64,000 nt of DNA from a virus: positions 1 to 64,000 of IMG/VR virus record IMGVR_UViG_3300008119_000003; one strand, given 5' to 3'. Positions 58,032-64,000 of the stretch are shown here, piece after piece. The notes under the pieces were generated by a model that saw only the letters and a program-made list of their open reading frames with translations, did no database searches and had not been told where the DNA came from. Each line of letters starts with the position of its first letter. Position 1 is the stretch's first letter. A program made the translations under genes and the position numbers.

Positions 58032-58298
58032 TCAATACTGAATACGATCAGACTCATCGCCGTCCCAAAAGTCGGCTTCGCTAAAACCACCTTTGTAACT
58101 ATCGGTAAGTTCGCGGATAGCATCTTCGGTAAAACATTCTTCTATGTTACCTTGTCTAACATATACCAACGACTTCTCCTGTAATAGGGCTTCGTAATGG
58201 TCTATAATAGTGGCAACACAAACGTTAGGCATAACCTTGCCGTCGTAGAGATTAGTAAACTTTCTCTCAACGGCAGAACGGGCAGACATTTTATCCAT
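58032..58298 (-). CDS. Hypothetical protein
   Basis: 88 aa. Confidence 0.55.
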   Translation of the reverse strand: MDKMSARSAVERKFTNLYDGKVMPNVCVATIIDHYEALLQEKSLVYVRQGNIEECFTEDAIRELTDSYKGGFSEADFWDGDESDRIQY

Positions 58299-58301
58299 AG
58301 T

Positions 58302-58565
58302 CTAATAGATATCGTGATAAGGTGAATAATAAGTTACTTGATCACTCCCGGGAACGTACCTTTCGAATGTCGCGGTCCTTCCCTTAATAATACCTTTGCC
58401 TGTCAGCCTATAGACTAACTTGGCTAACCACATCGGATATTCCCATACTCGGTAACCTTTCCTATAATACTCCAACATAAGGAATAGAACAGAATAAGAA
58501 TCTCGGGAAGTTATCCACTCGTAGTTATTGTAGGTAGAAACAATAAAGGTTTTCTTACGTAGCAT
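58302..58565 (-). CDS. Hypothetical protein
   Basis: 87 aa. Confidence 0.55.
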   Translation of the reverse strand: MLRKKTFIVSTYNNYEWITSRDSYSVLFLMLEYYRKGYRVWEYPMWLAKLVYRLTGKGIIKGRTATFERYVPGSDQVTYYSPYHDIY

Positions 58566-58762
58566 AAAGCAATACAGTTAATAGGTGAATAGATAAGAAT
58601 AGGTATCATAGAAGGAATACAGCAATAGTTAAATTAACAACCTACCTGCACAATGAATACAGTCTATTGCTATATCCTTCCATAATTTACCTACCATTTT
58701 GACTGATTATCAAGAAGTTAGGGAACAGACCTTGGTTGTCTGTCCCCTTCTCTGCCTCTCGA

Positions 58763-59179
58763 TTAACCGTTAAATGGGTTCAAATCCTCATCATCTTCTA
58801 CCTTCTCCTCTGTCTTTACTGCTTTACGGGTTGTTCCCATCCCGCTGTTAGCCAAACCGAGCATATCCATAACAGCAGAGCTTACTTGATCCTTCAAGAA
58901 GTCGTTATTTGCTACTAAGTTAGCCGCTTTGCGCATCACACTTGTATCCGCTACCACATTACCGTTACTTGTAATGATTAGAGGACAAATCTCTCCGACG
59001 TAGTTCAAACTGAAGAACAAAGGAACGCCGGTATCCTTATCTTCTCTATACTGTTCAGCCTTAACTCGCTTATATTCAGCAAGTTGCTCATCAGTCCCAT
59101 CGACGCCATATACGAATACGTCGACCATTTTGTTGTTCTTACCACGCTTCGGGTAACTGTTTAGATAGTTAATTTTCAT
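58763..59179 (-). CDS. Early protein with SSB-like acidic tail
   Basis: Ends EDDEDLNPFNG. Confidence 0.65.
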   Translation of the reverse strand: MKINYLNSYPKRGKNNKMVDVFVYGVDGTDEQLAEYKRVKAEQYREDKDTGVPLFFSLNYVGEICPLIITSNGNVVADTSVMRKAANLVANNDFLKDQVSSAVMDMLGLANSGMGTTRKAVKTEEKVEDDEDLNPFNG

Positions 59180-59491
59180 TACTACTTGTTTATAGGGTTT
59201 ATATAAAATTGTTTAACCGTCACATCGGCAAGCGAAGCGAACGGGAAATGAGGAAAGGGCAAGAGAAATAAAAAATGAGAGAGCAGCGATAGTTAAAATA
59301 GAAGATTTCCCGTAAACACTGGTGTTTCATCGATGGACGAATCGCACTTTGCTCGGTAGGAAATCTCGCTAAATAGACTAAATCGGGAGGACACCGATGA
59401 TGACGATGATAGTAAATATCGTCAGTCTCGCTACTTTGATAAAAAATAAAGGAACAGTTCCCGATGTACTTATCGAGGAACCGTCCCTGTG

Positions 59492-59524
59492 GAAAAAAGA
59501 AAACAACCGATTAAGGTTGTTTTC
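59492..59524 (-). terminator. Intrinsic terminator
   Basis: Minus strand GAAAACAACC-TTAATC-GGTTGTTTTC-TTTTTT. Confidence 0.7.
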
Positions 59525-59541
59525 AGGTACGAGGAATAGGG

Positions 59542-60057
59542 TTAGTTGAACGGGTCGATATCATCGTCCGAACCGTCTGCTCCGTTCTCGTTAACGGATA
59601 CAGTCGCCATAATCTTGGCTATTTCCGCCTTACGAGCGTTAGCCAATTTATCGCGTTGGACGATTAAGTCTTCGGCATCGGAATCATATCCCGCCTTCTT
59701 GGCTTCGTTGATTTCTATCCATAACTCGTCGGCCTTGGTCCATACAGGCTTCTTTGCTCCCGTTGCCTTATCGGTAACGATGATGCGTTTCATATCGCAA
59801 CCCGCAGGCACGAATTGTGAAGTACGCAAAAGTTGCAAGCCCGTCCCTGTGGACAAATCTCCTTCGCCGTCGTCGAATATAGGCTGATGGCCTGCATCGA
59901 GGCTATCTTGCTTATACTGTTCAACGGCTAACTTGTTAGAACTTGGAAGTATGTAATAGAAATGCATCTTATACTTCTCACCTGTTTCATCGTTAGTACG
60001 TGTAATAGGTCCTGTTGGTCGCTTCGCAACTCTTAACACTTGTTTGTTCTCGCTCAT
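59542..60057 (-). CDS. Early protein with SSB-like acidic tail (distant paralog of 58763)
   Basis: Ends DGSDDDIDPFN. Confidence 0.65.
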   Translation of the reverse strand: MSENKQVLRVAKRPTGPITRTNDETGEKYKMHFYYILPSSNKLAVEQYKQDSLDAGHQPIFDDGEGDLSTGTGLQLLRTSQFVPAGCDMKRIIVTDKATGAKKPVWTKADELWIEINEAKKAGYDSDAEDLIVQRDKLANARKAEIAKIMATVSVNENGADGSDDDIDPFN

Positions 60058-60345
60058 TTTGTGAGGTTTTTGGGGTTATTAATTCAATTAGGAAAGGGCA
60101 ACAAAAATAAATAATGCGTAGCAGGCGTAGGACGGTAGGAGGACGAGGATTGATGATAGTAACCCCTCGTTATGTCGATGCATTAGCCGTCGCGTACGTA
60201 AAATAAATAGTGATGGAACAGCCCCCGATTCATTTGTATAGGAATAAGATCGAGGAATAAGATATAGGAATGAGATCGAGGAAACGGAGTGAACAATAAG
60301 ACGAGCCATTACGGCCCGCCCTACTGTCTTCACCTATGATATACC

Positions 60346-60561
60346 TTACAGCCCGCGTCTACCTTTCTCAAGGTAATCTCGATGACTTAATGGTTTATCC
60401 ATATAGTTACGGTGATTCATTACCACCACTTTGCCAACGGCTTCGTGATGATGACTACTTGTAACTACATAGCCTTCGTCTTCTTTAGCCTTAACTAAAT
60501 CAGACAAAGGAATGTCTTGCGCAAGCGCTTGGTCTTCTGTGACCCAAATCTTCTTTTCCAT
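60346..60561 (-). CDS. Hypothetical early protein
   Basis: 71 aa with CCTATG start context. Confidence 0.6.
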   Translation of the reverse strand: MEKKIWVTEDQALAQDIPLSDLVKAKEDEGYVVTSSHHHEAVGKVVVMNHRNYMDKPLSHRDYLEKGRRGL

Positions 60562-60579
60562 AGGTATAGGATTAATTAA

Positions 60580-61206
60580 TTAAAAAAGAAAAGGGATTGC
60601 TCCCTTCTCTCTGACGCCTTGCTATAGGTGACGCCTACCGCTTCGGTCCTATGTTATCAGGACTTGGACTCTTAATCATCTGCTTCCACAGACCAAAATA
60701 TCAGTATGACTAATATGGCGAGGAAAGACAGTATCGCCATATATTCAGCCGAATGTATACAATTGAGATAGATATTCAAATCTCCAAAGATGATACAGCC
60801 GATTAAAGCAGGTGACACGATGATAGTAACATAGATTAGAGCGGTTATCCCAACGGCTCTAAAAAAACTTGTTAATGTTTTCATATAGGTGTTATTAATT
60901 AAAAAAGAAAAGGGCTTATTAGCCACCCTTTATGAGTAACGCTCTACGTTACAGGCTATGCATTGCAACCTTGCATAAGGGACGAGTTTGTATACAGGTA
61001 TCTCGTCAACCTGTTTGCTTATTCAGCAAGTTCTGAATACGATTCCAACTCTTCCATAGAGTTTGGCTCGCGACCATATTCTTTCACGAATAGGTCCCAC
61101 AATAATCCCATCATATCGGTGAATATTAGGCATTACATCGGTTAGTTATAGTCAACCGATTTAACTTAAAAAAGAAAAGGGCAAACCATATTGGTCTACC
61201 CTTTTC
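60580..61206 (-). repeat. Three copies of a hairpin plus CCCTTTTCTTTTTTAA element
   Basis: Plus strand TTAAAAAAGAAAAGGG at about 60580, 60899 and 61166, each followed by a complementary CCCTT. Confidence 0.7.
60672..60884 (-). CDS. Small two-TM membrane protein
   Basis: Start chosen at ATG 60884 (MKTLTSFF); two hydrophobic helices. Confidence 0.6.
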   Translation of the reverse strand: MKTLTSFFRAVGITALIYVTIIVSPALIGCIIFGDLNIYLNCIHSAEYMAILSFLAILVILIFWSVEADD

Positions 61207-61225
61207 AGTTAGTTAACGATTACCA

Positions 61226-61660
61226 TTAGAATGGCAAGCCGTCGTCTTCGTCCGTCATCCAATTGTAGACACGAGACTCGTTCCGTTGCAACCGCTCCCT
61301 AATCATAGCGATATGAATAGGTTCGTACCACGGATTGTTCATACGCAAACGCGTTGCTTCGGTTTCCATAACTTCCGCTCTCGCTTCGTTAATGGCATCC
61401 TTAACAACCTGTGCTTCGTTAAACACAGTCGTTGCAAATTCGTAATATGCATATGTCTTACCCTTCCTACTCTCGACAAGTCGAGAATGAAGGTTCATAC
61501 GCAAATTCGCGTTGTTATCCCGTTTGTCTTCGATGAAGCATCGAAGCAAATCAAATTGGTTAACGCGCAACTTAACAGTGTATAGGTTGAAACCCATCAC
61601 ATTCATAGTGTCGTACCCGAAGGTGGCGGAAACACTTGTCGCCTTTGCAGTTTTTGCCAT
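61226..61660 (-). CDS. First early gene; acidic C-terminal tail
   Basis: 144 aa, ends DEDDGLPF. Confidence 0.65.
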   Translation of the reverse strand: MAKTAKATSVSATFGYDTMNVMGFNLYTVKLRVNQFDLLRCFIEDKRDNNANLRMNLHSRLVESRKGKTYAYYEFATTVFNEAQVVKDAINEARAEVMETEATRLRMNNPWYEPIHIAMIRERLQRNESRVYNWMTDEDDGLPF

Positions 61661-62430
61661 AGGATGTTAATTAAAGCAAGGAAGGGCAACCCCCGATGCA
61701 ACTTTTTTTTGCTACTCTAAAAAAATAATAAATGAGAGAACAGTTTTAGCTTCGTCTCCCGTTTCAAGGGGGGTACCCCCGAAGAATTTTTGAAGCCGGG
61801 GAATTTTCAATAGGGATCCCCTACATCCTCTCCTACAATAGTTTTCCCCTACACCAGGGGGTAAGTTCGCCCTTACGTGTACCCGGGGTATGTCCCGTGG
61901 AACCTTATTACCCGGGGGTTATTTGTCCAGTTTTTTGTGTAATAAACTTGACATTCTTATATGCCCCTACATATAGATAAGCCGTATATCGAATTACTAT
62001 ATGCCGGCGCATGTAATTTCTGGAAAAATTCATGCAGTAATTCGGGAAACTTCCGAGTTTGTCCATGTTTTGTTACGGAGTTTGGCATTCTATAAGTCGC
62101 CAATACTCCTAGAATTTTCCAGTAATGGCGGATTAGCGCATACCCCTTGGGGATTATTTTCCACTAAAAGCCTGATTCTGTAGATTATTTTCCACAATGC
62201 TTGTCGCAAGAGTTTACTATATATGAGACAGATGTTATAAACCACATCTAACTCATACCCTTCCGGGTACGGAGTATATTCTCCATACAGGATAATGTCC
62301 CTTACAGGGTATAAAACTGAGGTTTCTTGTTTTTTATAAACCACATTATAGTATGGTATACTATACATTATCTAGAAAAACTAGGGGTTTTGACTGTTAT
62401 ATCATACTTTAGTGTGGTAACAATTTTACG
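61661..62430. other. Non-coding divergence region rich in palindromes and short repeats (candidate origin or genome-end region)
   Basis: No credible ORF; GGGGGTACCCCC, CCCCTAC x3, TACCCGGGG x2; separates leftward and rightward gene blocks. Confidence 0.5.
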
Positions 62431-62435
62431 CTAAA

Positions 62436-62467
62436 TTTGTTACGAGACAGAACTTTGTATATATTTG
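62436..62467 (+). promoter_or_regulatory. Bacteroidota housekeeping promoter (TTTG-N20-TATATTTG) for groES
   Basis: Matches the -33/-7 consensus with a 20-nt spacer. Confidence 0.7.
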
Positions 62468-62489
62468 TCTCAGCTAAACCAATAAACAT

Positions 62490-62780
62490 ATGTCAGCATT
62501 TAAAGAATTACGCGGTAAACGCATCCTAGTTACTAAGCCGGTTGCAGAAACAAAGTCTCTTATCGAGATCACTCCTGAGGTTCAGGCAGAGTTAGACAGA
62601 GAGATGATGAGCAAGTGGACTCGTCTTACTGTATTTGCAGTAGGTACTGAGGTTACTGATATTAAATCTGGTGACCAGGTTTATATTAACGCTAGTATGC
62701 TAGCTAATGCTGAACTTATTCAGTTAGACGGAGTTGACTACATGATGGTTCTTGACCATGCTGTAGCAATTGTCTACTAA
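62490..62780 (+). CDS. groES: Co-chaperonin GroES-like protein
   Basis: LRGKRILV, TVFAVG.EV.DIKSGDQV and DGVDYMMV motifs. Confidence 0.8.
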   Translation: MSAFKELRGKRILVTKPVAETKSLIEITPEVQAELDREMMSKWTRLTVFAVGTEVTDIKSGDQVYINASMLANAELIQLDGVDYMMVLDHAVAIVY

Positions 62781-62868
62781 GAGCTACCTTAACTAATAGG
62801 GTCTACTTTACTCCAAACGCTTTTTATCTCGGGATAGAATCGCGCTCGTAATGTAGGCCCTACTTTTT

Positions 62869-62900
62869 TTTGTCCTGCTTCTAAAATTATTGTATCTTTG
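62869..62900 (+). promoter_or_regulatory. Bacteroidota promoter (TTTG-N20-TATCTTTG)
   Basis: Consensus match, 4 nt upstream of ATG 62905. Confidence 0.65.
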
Positions 62901-62904
62901 ATAT

Positions 62905-63195
62905 ATGAGAAATAGTCTAGCCGGAAAATCCACAGGTAAATCTAAGTCTGCTAAGTACTTTGCTGCTAATCCAGAGGCTCGTGCTAAAAAGAATGCTTAT
63001 AATAAAGAGTATCATTCTGATCCTAGCCGAGTTAACTACCGTGAAGATTTAAACAGCGCTAATCGCAAAGCTAAGACATACGGTAATGGCGATGGTAAAG
63101 ACATGTCTCATACCAAAGCCGGGAAACTTGTAAAGGAATCTCGCTCTACTAACCGAGCTCGTAACGGAAAAGGAAACAATAAAAGACTTAAGTAA
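62905..63195 (+). CDS. Small basic HNH-like protein
   Basis: GDGKDMSH...S.NRARN minimal HNH-like motif. Confidence 0.6.
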   Translation: MRNSLAGKSTGKSKSAKYFAANPEARAKKNAYNKEYHSDPSRVNYREDLNSANRKAKTYGNGDGKDMSHTKAGKLVKESRSTNRARNGKGNNKRLK

Positions 63196-63632
63196 TGGCA
63201 CAACCACCTAATAACTTCTTTGCTACAAATATATTTAGACAACCTGATCCGGTATCAACACCTACAGGATCACCATTGGTTATTACTATAAACCCTTTTG
63301 CGGAAGGTATTACAGACTATACCTTGAGCTGTGCTATACTAGGTAGTTATGTTACATACTTTAATATAGTAGGTCCTACTATAGGTGGTACATTTACTTT
63401 TTACGTACCTAGTGTTGCAGGTTTACTAGGTCAGACTATTACTGTAAAGAATAGTGCTGATTACACAGTTAATATAGTACCATCTACTAATGCCCTTATT
63501 GATGAAGGTGCTTATTCCAATATTGCAGTTAAAAAACCAGGAAGTACTGGAGAAATAGGAGCGGCTACATTAATGGCTAATCCTACAAATGATGACAGTT
63601 GGTATGTTGTTAACACATTTACACAGATCTAA
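63195..63632 (+). CDS. Putative structural (beta-rich) protein
   Basis: GQTITVKN...WYVV pattern typical of phage decoration and fibre modules. Confidence 0.55.
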   Translation: MAQPPNNFFATNIFRQPDPVSTPTGSPLVITINPFAEGITDYTLSCAILGSYVTYFNIVGPTIGGTFTFYVPSVAGLLGQTITVKNSADYTVNIVPSTNALIDEGAYSNIAVKKPGSTGEIGAATLMANPTNDDSWYVVNTFTQI

Positions 63633-64000
63633 TGGCTACTATAAATAACCGTTTTGAGAACGAGACCCTTGAGCGTCTCCGCACAATATTAACCACATTA
63701 GCTACCACCTTGAACGTAGAAATAGTTGACCCAGCTACCGGACTCCCTATGACTCCGGCTTATGACTCCAGCGTAGTTGCTGTAGGAGATGCAGTAGAAG
63801 CACTTAATGAGTCTGTAATATTACTTAGAAGAATAGCTAAACTTCTTGAGCCAATGGCTACACAGGATACTAACCAAAGACAAAGGATTGTTATTGATAA
63901 TTCCGTTGTACAACTCACAACAAACCCTACGTCTATGGGTAATGTTGATACAAGATTTATGATTGCAGACTGGGCAAGAACAGCTTATAACACAGGGATA
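63632..64000 (+). CDS. Hypothetical protein, 3'-truncated by the window
   Basis: ATG 63632 coupled to the upstream stop; open to the end of the window. Confidence 0.6.
   Translation, partial: MATINNRFENETLERLRTILTTLATTLNVEIVDPATGLPMTPAYDSSVVAVGDAVEALNESVILLRRIAKLLEPMATQDTNQRQRIVIDNSVVQLTTNPTSMGNVDTRFMIADWARTAYNTGI

Noticed and set aside
60088-60333. 81-aa minus-strand ORF
   Set aside because: GTG start and atypical composition; the region carries a copy of the repeated motif and is more likely regulatory.
61019-61114. 31-aa ORF MMGLLWDLFVKEYGREPNSMEELESYSELAE
   Set aside because: Plausible but too short to support without homologs.
62001-62368. ORFs 62001-62183 (+) and 62090-62368 (-)
   Set aside because: They overlap each other in a palindrome-rich region and lack protein-like features; probably non-coding.
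1-64000. Stop-codon reassignment, as seen in some crAss-like phages
   Set aside because: Long ORFs are intact in the standard code, and TAG and TGA both terminate well-formed genes (for example at 31385 and 27884).

Overview
A 64 kb segment of a crAss-like (Crassvirales-related) dsDNA phage, most likely infecting Bacteroidota: TAnnTTTG promoters, no obvious Shine-Dalgarno signals, standard genetic code. 1-24155 (+): three giant virion cargo proteins. The middle one is a 4815-aa virion RNA polymerase (DFDID motif) fused to SLOG-like, ASCH-like, AlkB-like, zincin, RecD/Dda-like helicase and macro-like modules. 24173-26981 (+): lysis cassette and small basic proteins. 26972-61660 (mostly -): replication and early module with PolB, primase, SSB, DnaB, Ung, MoxR/vWA, ClpS, SF2 helicase, HNH, a DUF2828/TROVE-like vWA protein and many small genes. 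A palindrome-rich non-coding divergence region at about 61661-62489 is followed by GroES and probable late genes (+). Best candidates for undescribed biology: (1) a tandem array of covarying ~80-nt stem-loop RNAs directly upstream of the Ro60/TROVE-like gene; (2) cysteines placed almost only at the adjoining termini of the three cargo proteins; (3) a 14-mer repeated in one orientation in the early region; (4) a MoxR/vWA-peptidase locus flanked by three paralogous proteins. All family assignments come from motif recognition by eye, not from database searches.
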